Shown: piece after piece, positions 52,062 through 62,065 of the stretch
How positions within the stretch are numbered: the first letter of the stretch is position 1
Layout: each line of letters begins with the position of its first letter
Origin: Candidatus Poribacteria bacterium
Lineage (GTDB): Bacteria > Poribacteria > WGA-4E > WGA-3G
Direction of reading: 5' to 3'
Assembly: GCA_963663765.2 (NCBI GenBank)
Contig: CAXXUA010000015.1
Location: 32,001-96,000, forward strand
DNA length: 64,000 nt
Program-made: the position numbers and the translations under genes
The notes under the pieces: model-generated
Seen by the model: the letters and a program-made list of their open reading frames with translations, nothing else
Told to the model about the DNA's origin: nothing
Database searches by the model: none

Positions 52062-52760
52062 TCAATTATTTCGTGCAGCTAATTGGAAAGCTATCTGTTG
52101 ATTTAGTTTTTTCAATATTTCAATTTCACGTCTAAGGAGTTCATCAAATGAGGTAATTTCTAATAGTGTCTGTTTTTCATCAAGAGATATGCGCAATCGC
52201 GTTCCGATACGGTATGCTAAGTGTTGTGGATGTTCTGGGTTTTCATCTGGCGGCTGCCATGTAAACATAAGGTGACTGGATAAAGTTTCATATTCAATAT
52301 ATAGTTCACGTGTTTCAGCTGCAATTTCCTTTAATCTTGGATCGGGTTCCGTATCCAAAGAATCAAGCATTCGGATACGTGCAACTAAGAACGAATGTTC
52401 GTCATTAAGATCCAATATTTCAAAACGTGTGTGTCCCGTTGTCATGATATTCATACGACCGTCTGGAAACCGATTAACATCGATTAAGTCAACCGCAGTT
52501 CCGATATTGCAGGGGACCGCCGTTTCTTCTACCTCTTCACCTTCTTTGATCATAACAACCCCGAATGAGGAATCGTTTCTGATACAATACTTCATCATTT
52601 CACGGTATCGTTGTTCAAAAATATGTAGCGGTAAAGATCCACCTGGGAATAGCACAACATTCAATGGAAAAATAGGTAGTTCTTGTTCTTCTGTGTGTTT
52701 TGTATCAACTTGCATTTTAAACACCTCATCTGAAGGTGTAATAATCGTATTTTTCACCAT
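52062..52760 (-). CDS. Lon N-terminal substrate-binding domain protein
   Basis: LPIFPL.VVLFPG..LPLHIFE.RY, DGR. Confidence 0.88.
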   Translation of the reverse strand: MVKNTIITPSDEVFKMQVDTKHTEEQELPIFPLNVVLFPGGSLPLHIFEQRYREMMKYCIRNDSSFGVVMIKEGEEVEETAVPCNIGTAVDLIDVNRFPDGRMNIMTTGHTRFEILDLNDEHSFLVARIRMLDSLDTEPDPRLKEIAAETRELYIEYETLSSHLMFTWQPPDENPEHPQHLAYRIGTRLRISLDEKQTLLEITSFDELLRREIEILKKLNQQIAFQLAARNN

Positions 52761-52906
52761 TTAGTCGTTTATTATAGAGATTATGGTTTTGCGTTAACAG
52801 AATTAGAAGGTGTATATTTATTTTTACACAAAACATTGAAAATGTCAAGGTTATAATTGCAAAAATATGTAAAGTACCTGAAAAATATTGACCTTGAATC
52901 AGCATT

Positions 52907-53089
52907 GGGTGTGTAAAGTCTGGGTTACTGTACGTAGGGGCGGGGTCTCCCCAGCCGAACAGAGGCTTTATGTGGGCGAGGAGACCCCGCCCCTACGATG
53001 TCCACAGTCCCCTAACGTCAAGTAATTTTTGATAGAAACTGGACAGCCTTCTTCTAATATCAGAGTTTCTACAAAAACTTTACAAACCC
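52907..53089. mobile_element. short element with ISKra4-like ends containing a GTAG REP pair
   Basis: GGGTGTGTAAAG ... CTTTACAAACCC; CGTAGGGGCGGGGTCTCC ... GGAGACCCCGCCCCTACG. Confidence 0.65.
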
Positions 53090-53098
53090 TGAAATGTT

Positions 53099-53446
53099 CA
53101 GGGTTATTCAGTTTTAAGAGTTTTCTGTTATTGAGATTTACTGAAAGTTAATACACTGGTTCATTTTCCTAGCCGAACTTTATGCATCAATTTTAGATTA
53201 TTGAAATATGAACATCGCTCTATAGTCCCGTAGGGACGATATGTTTATAGACAACGATTTATTTTCAGGTCTTTAGTCCCGTAGGGACGATATGATTATC
53301 TTTCTATGCCGTTCCTACGGAACTCAAGGGAGGTATGCAACATTATTCTATAAACATATCGTCCCTACGGGACTAAAGTTAAATATAAGATACCAAAATA
53401 TAACATTATCGTAATAGTAAAAATAAATGAAAACTGAATTACCCTG
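53099..53446. mobile_element. family B element with REP cluster (inverted homolog of 31376-31990)
   Basis: TIRs; interior is the reverse complement of the right part of the 31376 copy. Confidence 0.75.
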
Positions 53447-53453
53447 CTTATCC

Positions 53454-53966
53454 CAGGGTAATTCAGTTTTAAGAATCTATCCTTATGCCAGTAAACTTTG
53501 GGTTAAGATTAGTGGTTATATAGGATTTTCTGGTATTCTTAATTTTGGTCTGAACTAGGATTTTCATGATTAGTAGATTATCAATATATTTCTCATCAGA
53601 TCCTATTCCAAAAGAGGGCATAAACACATCATCAGGACTTACGCACCCAGTGGTAGGCGGTGAATGCCTAAACGGCATTCATACCCGGGGAATGCCAAAC
53701 GGCATTCATACCGTTGATTTCTTGATTTGGTGCTTTGTAAGCGCGCCGGAAACCTAAAAACTTCTGAAAATTGCATCGTTTTCGTCTTAATTCTTGATTG
53801 GATCATGAAAACTGCGTAAGTCCTGCACATATCAAAAACCCTTGACGAGGTAAAACCTGAAAATCTGGTAATCCTGAAAATCCTGGTTTAGAAAAAGAAC
53901 GGGTTAACTCAAGGATTAACAACTGTGATAGAATTTACTCAATAAATTGAAAACTGAATAACCCTG
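53454..53966. mobile_element. family B element with nested family A MITE (53633-53825)
   Basis: TIRs; CTTATCC repeated in the flanks; homolog of 24333-24733. Confidence 0.8.
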
Positions 53967-54047
53967 CCCTTATCCTACCCGATCTTTCCTTTTCTATAAG
54001 TTTCTGGTATAATAAACCTATTCAGTTTCAAAAAGGAGAAACCCAAG

Positions 54048-54510
54048 TTGAACAAAAGATTAGTATCGTTCTTGCTTATCGTATTGTTAATCCTAACAGT
54101 AACTTCAATATGTTCTGCTGCCGACCAGTTCGTTGTGCGAGTTTTATATTTTCAACCGAAAGTTGCAGAACCCGTAAATCATCAAAAATACGACACAATC
54201 ATCAAAAATATACAAACGTTCTTCAGGCAAGAAATGATCCGTCTTGATTTCGGTGATAAGACCTTCCGCATTGAAACAGACAACAGTGACGATTTGCTCA
54301 TTCATACTGTCCACGGTCGACATCCGGGAGATCACTACACAGGGGAAGTCTTCAACACATACTACCAAAAAATAGCAAAAGAGATACCTTTTGGACTCAA
54401 CAACACAACAAACAGATGGGAACAGGATAACATCTACATTATCCTACTTGGCGGTGTTGAGATCGTAAACGACGGGTTGGGGTCTCCTTGGGGAGGGACT
54501 TGGGGTTCTC
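54048..54510 (+). pseudogene. secreted protein, apparently 3'-truncated
   Basis: AAGGAG RBS, signal peptide, VRVLYF...FGDKTF; reading frame runs into the antisense strand of the convergent gene. Confidence 0.55.
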
Positions 54511-55015
54511 AGGTGTCTTCGGTATCGCCTTCTTTTTTCTTGCTATCATTCACAGATCCGCGCACAAACTCTGTTAGTAATTGCGCATTTCCTCCACCAC
54601 AATCAGACAAGTTCACGACAACGGCTTGAGCAGACTGCCTTGCACTTTCTTCACCTTCAATCTCAGCATCACGATAGAACGGGTCTTGTATCTTGAGCAA
54701 CCACTGGAACGCACCGATGTCTTCCTTTTTCTCTGCGATTTCGTGAATCCTGCTCAGATACCCAGCTTCCACATTCGTGCGAGCAACCTCCACACGAAGA
54801 TACAACTCCAATTCCCGTTTCTGTTTGGTATTGAGATCGCCTTTCCTTATCTTTCCATCTTCAAGCTGTTTCTGGTAGTCTTCTCCATCTCTCAACCAGT
54901 TCCGAAGCGTTTGATAAGTGATCCCACAAGAGGCCGCAATGCGATACAGCGGAAGTTTAGACACCTCTACAGCAGTCATGATTCGTTCTGCGATAGTCAC
55001 CGTAAGTTTATTCAT
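54509..55015 (-). CDS. HTH protein resembling phage small terminase subunits
   Basis: IAASCGITYQTLRNWLRDG HTH, helical segment ending AFQWLLK, acidic tail; TGcTATAAT 6 nt before the ATG. Confidence 0.55.
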   Translation of the reverse strand: MNKLTVTIAERIMTAVEVSKLPLYRIAASCGITYQTLRNWLRDGEDYQKQLEDGKIRKGDLNTKQKRELELYLRVEVARTNVEAGYLSRIHEIAEKKEDIGAFQWLLKIQDPFYRDAEIEGEESARQSAQAVVVNLSDCGGGNAQLLTEFVRGSVNDSKKKEGDTEDT

Positions 55016-55354
55016 GCTTATATTATAGCACATAAAAAAGCCGCCAACGCATGGCAGCTCTGAATTCTGTTTTCACAACTATATTTTAGATACAGATATT
55101 TGCTTCAGGATTATTCAGTTTTCCTAATTTTTGGATTTTTCCAAAAAGAACCCCGCGGTAGGAACGACCCCCCGGTCGCGATTTTCTCACAAATCGACTA
55201 AAATGCTTAAAACTAAATAACCCTGGCAGGATGTATCTCTTCATGAATACCAAAGACAGCATGCTCATGATGTGCTGCCAATACTAATACCTTGTCTTCA
55301 AGATACGGTTCAAGCGACCAATTTGGAAGTTGTATGTATTTATCCAATGTCTTC

Positions 55355-56165
55355 TTTTTGTTAATAGGGTACTAAAATTTTGAAAAACGCAAACATCCGA
55401 TAAAGCCTATGCCTACGCTATTGAGACCACATCACAGATATTTACTTTTTTAGGTTTTTAGGTTCTTAGAAGTTACCTCTCTGCCGATTTTTGTTGATAG
55501 GGTACTAAATTGAAATAGACGCAGACATACATAAAAGCCTTTACCTACGCCATTGAGACCGCATCACAGTTATTCTCATTTTTAGGTTTTTAGTAGTTGC
55601 CTCTCTGCCGTTTTTTGTTGATAGGGTACTAAAATTGAAATAGACGCAGACATACAAAAAACCCTTTGCCTACGCTATTGAGACCACATCACAGTTATTC
55701 CCTTTTTTATGTTTTTAGAAGTTGTCTCTCTGCCGTTTTTTGTTGATAGGGTATTAAAATGAAATAGACGCAGACATACATAAAACCTTTTGCCTACGCT
55801 ATTGAGACCACATCCCAGATATTTTCTTTTTTATGTTTTTAGAAGTTACCTCTTTCCCGTTTTTTGTTGATAGGGTACTAAAATTGAAATAGACATAAAC
55901 ATACATAAAACCCATTGCCTACGCTATTGAGACGACATGCCAGTTATTCCCTTTTTTATGTTTTTAGAAGTTACCTCTTTCCCGTTTTTTGTTGATAGGG
56001 TACTAAAATTGAAATAGACGCAGACATACATAAAACCCATTACCTACGCTATTGAGACCACATCACAGATATTTTCTATTTTATGTTTTTAGAACTTACA
56101 TCTCTGCCGTTTTTTGAGATGTTCAGTCACAATGGAGCACTAAAATTAATATAGACGCAGACATA
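55355..56165. repeat. non-coding tandem array of ~125-bp units (6 full + 1 partial)
   Basis: ATAGGGTA(C/T)TAAA anchors at 55364, 55497, 55621, 55746, 55870, 55995. Confidence 0.95.
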
Positions 56166-56334
56166 TCAAGTTTTCATAAAAACATTGCTGATTTCTTTGA
56201 AAATGATTTCGGAATTGGCAAAAAATAATTCAATGGCAACTGTCATGAATAACTGCGATACACTAATAGGTCTCTCGGTTTTAGAAGTCCAGAAGTCATC
56301 CAATGCAAAACAGTTGATCAGCATTTATTTGATT

Positions 56335-57792
56335 GGGTGTGTAAAGTTTTTGTCACAAGAATGTACTGAATACAGATCTTGCTTAGTATTAGGTTAAATG
56401 GTATCCTTCTAAAAAACACTTTTTTATCAGAGAGGATACCAATGTTTAGTATATCATTAGCAAGTTGTGAAGTCGAAGAGTTTAGAGAAGATGCAATCCA
56501 TTTTGTAGAAAAGATCAATAATGTTTTACACACCCTTAGTTCAGACAGTCTTTATGTAGACGCTATGGAGATAATAGCCTTAGAGACGATGCGTTCGTTA
56601 GGTCAAATGATGTTAGAAATGGGTGTTCTCAAACATTCCGTTGAACAAGTTTCTGGATCTGTTGAATGTCCACAATGTCAACAAGCGTGTCGTCCGTATC
56701 GTAAAAGAGAACGCCGTATTACGACGCTATGTGGTGTTATTCGTGTTGACCGTTGGGTGTATCGTTGTGCTTCGGGTCATTATCATTTTCCGTGGGATAC
56801 GAAAGAAAAGTTGAAAGGTCAATACACACATCGTGTAGCTGAAGTGATGTGTCGTATGTCTGCGCGTCTTGACTTCAGGGAGGCAGCAGAGGAGTTGTTT
56901 CGTCAAGGGATAGAAGTCAGTCATACGACCCTCAATCAAAATGTGCGTGAATGGTCAAAAGCGTTGCGGGATTCACAACAAGTGGAAACACAAAAACTTG
57001 AGGCAAATCAGCGTTGGTATGTGAGTTGTGATGGATGCCACACCAACTCACAAGAGGGGTGGAAAGAAACCAAAGTTGGTTGTATTTATAGAGATTATCC
57101 ACAACCTCCAAATAGTTCTGGTGCGACACCGAGTGCGAGAACACCAAGCATTCGTTATGTTGCGGAGCGTGAGAATGCTGCTCATTTCGGTAAAGCGTTG
57201 TATAAGTTAGCAACGCAGAGCGGCATCTATCAAGAAGATATAGGCACGCAAGAGGTCGTGTTTATCGGAGATGGAGCGGCGTGGATATGGAACTTAGCGG
57301 CTGAATACTTCCCGAATGCTGTAGAGATTGTGGATTACATGCATGCCAAATCACATCTTTATGATGTGGCTAAAGTTGCCTTTGGTGAGACAGAAACAGA
57401 AGACGTAGAAACTTGGGTCACAGAGACAGAACCCTTTCTTTTTGATGGCAACATTCCAGAAGTTGTCTCACGTATCCGTGCTTTAGCCACACAGCACCCA
57501 GACGTTTGTGAGATTTTAGTAAGAGAAACAGGTTATTTTGAAAAACACGCGAAACGGATGCAATATAAAACGTTTAGAGATAAGGGGTATCAGGTTGGGA
57601 GTGGTGTGATTGAGAGTGCGTGTAAACATGTTGTGGGACAAAGGTGTAAACAAGCTTCTATGAGATGGGAGAAACCGGGTATTAATGCTGTTCTAAGTTG
57701 GAGATGTCTGTTGAAGAATAATGCCTGGGACAGATATTGGTATCCAGACACAAAAGCCGCATAACACTTAGTGACAAAAACTTTACACACCC
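56335..57792 (+). mobile_element. ISKra4/ISLre2-like insertion sequence
   Basis: 22-bp perfect TIR GGGTGTGTAAAGTTTTTGTCAC; 9-bp TSD TATTTGATT. Confidence 0.92.
56442..57764 (+). CDS. ISKra4-family (IS256 superfamily) DDE transposase
   Basis: CPQC zinc ribbon, SCDG, GDGAAWIW, DYMHA, GSGVIESACK, MRW. Confidence 0.9.
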   Translation: MFSISLASCEVEEFREDAIHFVEKINNVLHTLSSDSLYVDAMEIIALETMRSLGQMMLEMGVLKHSVEQVSGSVECPQCQQACRPYRKRERRITTLCGVIRVDRWVYRCASGHYHFPWDTKEKLKGQYTHRVAEVMCRMSARLDFREAAEELFRQGIEVSHTTLNQNVREWSKALRDSQQVETQKLEANQRWYVSCDGCHTNSQEGWKETKVGCIYRDYPQPPNSSGATPSARTPSIRYVAERENAAHFGKALYKLATQSGIYQEDIGTQEVVFIGDGAAWIWNLAAEYFPNAVEIVDYMHAKSHLYDVAKVAFGETETEDVETWVTETEPFLFDGNIPEVVSRIRALATQHPDVCEILVRETGYFEKHAKRMQYKTFRDKGYQVGSGVIESACKHVVGQRCKQASMRWEKPGINAVLSWRCLLKNNAWDRYWYPDTKAA

Positions 57793-57966
57793 TATTTGAT
57801 TGACACTATAAACTTTTTTTGCTATACTTGATAAAGATTGATTTCAATACAATTCAGGTACTGACGCATTTCGTATTAGGAATATCAGTGGTTGTCAGAT
57901 TTCCATTTGATTGTATTCGCTTATAAGACTCCATCCATAATATTTTAGAAAGCATCGTTTAATCTA

Positions 57967-59901
57967 TTGAAACATATAAAACAGATCCTTATCCTCCCAG
58001 TTGCAGCAGTTTTGTGTGTCTTTATTCTTGCTGAAGTCAACTATCCGTTGCTAAAACCTCAATCTGCGTTAGCACTTTTTGCGATGTTTGGGTTGATAGT
58101 AGTATTTTTGAAATATCCTCTACACCCAAGTCTTGCTGAAAACCTCATCTGTGACATTTTTGATTACTTTCTTGTGGGTAGTGTAATATTCTGCTTTGGT
58201 TACGTTGTAATTCAAACTGAACCGATTTTTGATCGGTTTTGGTTAAAAGGTGTATTTCTGGGCAACCGCGCCACAGATGAACACATACTGGATTTCTATG
58301 TCGGAGGATTCGGTCTTCTATTGATTTTAGAAGCAACCCGCCGCGCTATTGGTCTTACACTACCATTACTGGCTATAGCATTTCTTTTGTATGCATATTT
58401 CGGTCAGTTTTTGCCAAGTTGGTTGTTTCCACACCGTGGTTATTCTATACAACGAATAATCGGTTCAACATACTTACATGGAGGTGTCTTTGATGTAGCA
58501 CTACGAGTTATGTTCACCTATGTGTTTCTATTTGTACTGTTTGGTGCTTTTTTGGAACGGACAGGTGCTACGGCATATATCCTAAATTTAGCAAGACGTA
58601 TATTCGGAACGAGTTCGGGAAGTCCTGCTAAGGTTGCTGTAATTGGAAGCGGTATGATGGGTTCTCTCTCCGGTTCAGCTGTGGCGAACACTGCGACAAC
58701 TGGTACATTTACGATTCCATTGATGCGGAGTGTAGGTTTCCAACCGGCTATTGCGGGGGGAATTGAAGCAGCTGCGAGTTCAGGGGGTGCATTAGTGCCG
58801 CCTATTATGGGGGCAGCTGCTTATATGATGTTGGAAATCGTTCAGCCTCCTGTCACCTATTTGGCAATCATCAGAGCAGCACTCATACCAGCAATACTAT
58901 ATTATACAGGACTGCTGCTCATGGTTCATTTTTATGCAAAACGATCCGTTAACCCATCCACTAACTCTGTCTACACAGTGGAACCAACCGAAGTAAATGG
59001 GAAATTAGAAGAACAAGTTTTGGACACGTCACAACACCCAGAAAGAGAACAAGATCAAGAGCATGCAAAAGTACACTCACCCAAAGAGAAACTTCCAAAG
59101 ATGCAAGGAATAGTTTTCTTTGCTGCGTTTCTAACATTGATTCTATTCCTACTCCTGGGTGCAACACCGTTTCGTGCGGTCAGTTGGAGTTTATTGGTCA
59201 TTATAATCGTTAGTCTATTTCATTCAAAAACCCGTGTGGGAGTTAAAGGTGTACTAAAAGCGATGGAAAACGCCGGACATAGTGGTGTTTCCCTAATAGC
59301 TGCTGCATCATGTGTCGGAATTATCCTTGGTGTTGTTACATTCACTGGCGTAGGATCAAAACTTCCAAGTGCACTCTTATCGCTTGCTGAAACAAACTTG
59401 ATTCTTGCATTATTATTACTGATGGTCTCTACTATCATATTGGGCATGGGTCTTCCGTCCTCAGTGTGTTATCTATTGATGGCAATTCTGATTGGAGAGG
59501 AGCTTACTGACTTAGGTGTCGTTCCGCTTGCTGCTCATTTTTTTATTTTTTATTTTGGTATGATGTCTATGGTCACACCACCGGTTGCGCTTGCAGCATA
59601 TACTGCTGCAGCGATTGCGGACTCTAACATCATGCAGACGGCGTTTGCTGCGTTTCGGTTTGCACTTGTAGGGTTTGCTCTACCTTATGCTTTTGTGTTA
59701 CGACCAGAACTCTTATTACTCGGAGGAGATGGGGGTGATCCTGAAATCTGGCGAGTTATTATGACCGTATCACTTACTTTAGGAGGAACAGTCGTCCTTG
59801 CGATGAGTGTCGCAGGATATGCTTTCAGGAACTTACGTTATTGGGAAAGGTTTGCGATGTTTTTTGCAGCAATGCTGCTCTTTTTTATTCCTCTCCCATA
59901 A
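57967..59901 (+). CDS. TRAP transporter fused 4TM/12TM permease
   Basis: GSLSGSAVAN, IEAAASSGG..VPPIMGAAA, LGMGLP, TPPVALAA. Confidence 0.9.
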   Translation: MKHIKQILILPVAAVLCVFILAEVNYPLLKPQSALALFAMFGLIVVFLKYPLHPSLAENLICDIFDYFLVGSVIFCFGYVVIQTEPIFDRFWLKGVFLGNRATDEHILDFYVGGFGLLLILEATRRAIGLTLPLLAIAFLLYAYFGQFLPSWLFPHRGYSIQRIIGSTYLHGGVFDVALRVMFTYVFLFVLFGAFLERTGATAYILNLARRIFGTSSGSPAKVAVIGSGMMGSLSGSAVANTATTGTFTIPLMRSVGFQPAIAGGIEAAASSGGALVPPIMGAAAYMMLEIVQPPVTYLAIIRAALIPAILYYTGLLLMVHFYAKRSVNPSTNSVYTVEPTEVNGKLEEQVLDTSQHPEREQDQEHAKVHSPKEKLPKMQGIVFFAAFLTLILFLLLGATPFRAVSWSLLVIIIVSLFHSKTRVGVKGVLKAMENAGHSGVSLIAAASCVGIILGVVTFTGVGSKLPSALLSLAETNLILALLLLMVSTIILGMGLPSSVCYLLMAILIGEELTDLGVVPLAAHFFIFYFGMMSMVTPPVALAAYTAAAIADSNIMQTAFAAFRFALVGFALPYAFVLRPELLLLGGDGGDPEIWRVIMTVSLTLGGTVVLAMSVAGYAFRNLRYWERFAMFFAAMLLFFIPLP

Positions 59902-60061
59902 ATTACTTTTGAAGATTGAAATTACACTGCTTGCAAGTGTTTTTGTCTTATACTATAATGATAAGAATTGTTTCTATCATATTAGCAATGATTATACCAA
60001 TTCAAATAAATCTTGTCTCATTAAGGAATTCTACTGTTTACTGGCAGTGGGTTACTCTCTT

Positions 60062-60179
60062 CGGTAGGAGCGACCCGGGGAATGTCATACGCGCATTCAT
60101 ACCCGGGGAATGCCTAAATGGCATTCATACCGTTGATTTCTTGATTTGCCGGTCGCGACCGGGAGGTCGCTCCTACCAG
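60062..60179. repeat. GTAG REP-like palindrome with nested double mini-element
   Basis: GGTAGGAGCGACC ... GGTCGCTCCTACC with insert at 60076-60148. Confidence 0.8.
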
Positions 60180-60324
60180 AGTTCCGCTGCTAATGAGACA
60201 TTATCACATGAAAATGGTATTAGTTTAGACAAGCCTAATGTGAATGTTCTTTTTGCTGATAAATGATGTTCCATTTTAAAGACTATACAATTTAGGAATT
60301 TATTGATTATACTGGTGAATAGTT

Positions 60325-60510
60325 ATGAATACTGCGCTCAGGAGGATTTTATATAGTTTATTAGTTGTTCTATATGTTCTGCATAACGACTTTTGGTTTT
60401 GGGGAACATCTACAATAGTTTTGGGATTACCAATCGGATTACTTTATCATATAGTGTTCTGTATTGCTGCATCTTTACTCATGTTTTCGTTAGTCAAATA
60501 TGTCATGTGA
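60325..60510 (+). CDS. DUF3311-like small partner of a solute:sodium symporter
   Basis: LHNDFWFW...VLGLP.GL.YH; directly upstream of the SSS gene. Confidence 0.75.
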   Translation: MNTALRRILYSLLVVLYVLHNDFWFWGTSTIVLGLPIGLLYHIVFCIAASLLMFSLVKYVM

Positions 60511-60549
60511 GTACGAGATTAATAGCATGTCATTCAAAAGGTTGAAGGA

Positions 60550-62010
60550 ATGATTCTTGTCGTCATCATAATCTATCTTGCCTTAGTGTTAAGTCTTGGT
60601 ATACTGAGTCACAGGTTTTTCCGTAATACAGGCGAAGACTATTTTGTAGCAAGTCGTAGCATTAGTTGGTTTATGTTGTTGATGTCACTTTTTGGTACAC
60701 ACATGACAGCCTTTTCCATTCTTGGTGCGTCAGGTGAAGCTTACCGCAAGGGTATTGGTGTTTTTGCGTTGATGGCGTCCTCCTCTGCGATTATTGTTCC
60801 GTGCGTTTTCCTTTTTATTGGCACAAGACTGTGGAAACTTGGCAAAAAATTTGGATATATGACGCAGGTACAATACTTCCGTGAACGTTGGGAATCAGAT
60901 GGGTTAGGTTTATTACTATTCATCGTCTTAGTGCTCTTACTCATTCCCTACCTCTTAATTGGCGTAATGGGTGGCGGAGACACATTAGCAAAAATAACAG
61001 ACAACACAATCCCTCAATGGTTGGGTGGACTACTAATCTGTGGTGTTGTTCTATGTTATGTAACATATAGTGGTATGCGTGGAACAGCATGGGTTAATAC
61101 GTTTCAAACACTTATATTCATGGTACTTGGGGGAGTTACATTTTTCGTCATCATGCATCGCATGGGAGGTATTTCCACTGCTCTTGCTAATGTAGACACA
61201 AGTCTATTGATGCAAAAAGATCACATTAAACCTTTGCAACTTTTAACCTATACCTGCATTCCACTTTCAGTTGGGATGTTTCCGCACATCTTTTCACACT
61301 GTCTAACTGCAAAAGATGTCAGTACGTTCCGCTATCCAATTATTTTTTATCCTCTATGTATCGCAATTGTGTGGGTACCGAGTGTATTACTTGGTATAGT
61401 TGGAAATGTAGATTTTCCTAATTTAGAAGGTGGCGAAGTCAATTCCGTACTCATAAAGCTGATTCACCAACATGCTCCTGGTGTATTAGCGGGTTTGTTA
61501 GGAGCAGGTGTTTTTGCAGCAATTATGTCTTCGTTAGATTCACAAACACTCTCGTTGGGTAGTATGTTCACAAACGACATCATTCGTCCGATCCTGAAAA
61601 AAAGAGGACAAAAACAGATTTCTGATAAACAACATGTATGGATTGGACGTCTATTCGTGATAGTTATACTTAGTATCACCTATATTATTTCTTTAATCGC
61701 AAAACCGAGTATATTTAAGCTGGGTATATGGTCATTTACAGGTTACTCAGGACTTTTTCCCATCGTGGTTGCAGCACTATTCTGGAAGGGTAGCACAAAG
61801 TCTGGTGTTTTTGCATCAATTATATCTGTTGTTGTCCTATGGCTTTATTTCTTTTTACGATATTGGAATACTACTGGTTATACTGTGGGGGGAATCGGTA
61901 TTATGCCTGTGACAGTTTTAATCTTAGTTTCCTCCATAACTCTGATAATTGTTTCTCTGTTTACGAAACCACCAACTTCAGAAACAATCGGTAAGTATTT
62001 TATCAATTGA
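60550..62010 (+). CDS. sodium:solute symporter
   Basis: DYFVASRS, SGMRGTAWVNTFQ, FAAIMSSLDSQ. Confidence 0.92.
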   Translation: MILVVIIIYLALVLSLGILSHRFFRNTGEDYFVASRSISWFMLLMSLFGTHMTAFSILGASGEAYRKGIGVFALMASSSAIIVPCVFLFIGTRLWKLGKKFGYMTQVQYFRERWESDGLGLLLFIVLVLLLIPYLLIGVMGGGDTLAKITDNTIPQWLGGLLICGVVLCYVTYSGMRGTAWVNTFQTLIFMVLGGVTFFVIMHRMGGISTALANVDTSLLMQKDHIKPLQLLTYTCIPLSVGMFPHIFSHCLTAKDVSTFRYPIIFYPLCIAIVWVPSVLLGIVGNVDFPNLEGGEVNSVLIKLIHQHAPGVLAGLLGAGVFAAIMSSLDSQTLSLGSMFTNDIIRPILKKRGQKQISDKQHVWIGRLFVIVILSITYIISLIAKPSIFKLGIWSFTGYSGLFPIVVAALFWKGSTKSGVFASIISVVVLWLYFFLRYWNTTGYTVGGIGIMPVTVLILVSSITLIIVSLFTKPPTSETIGKYFIN

Positions 62011-62065
62011 TAACTTAAGGGGAGATTTGCAGGTATACATATTTTTCTTTGCGAATAGTATTAAT

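Noticed and set aside
55355-56165. 125-bp array as a CRISPR or guide-RNA array
   Set aside because: The whole unit repeats, with no unique spacers and no cas or Tas-like gene nearby
54048-57792. Intact prophage
   Set aside because: No integrase, capsid, portal, large terminase or att sites are visible
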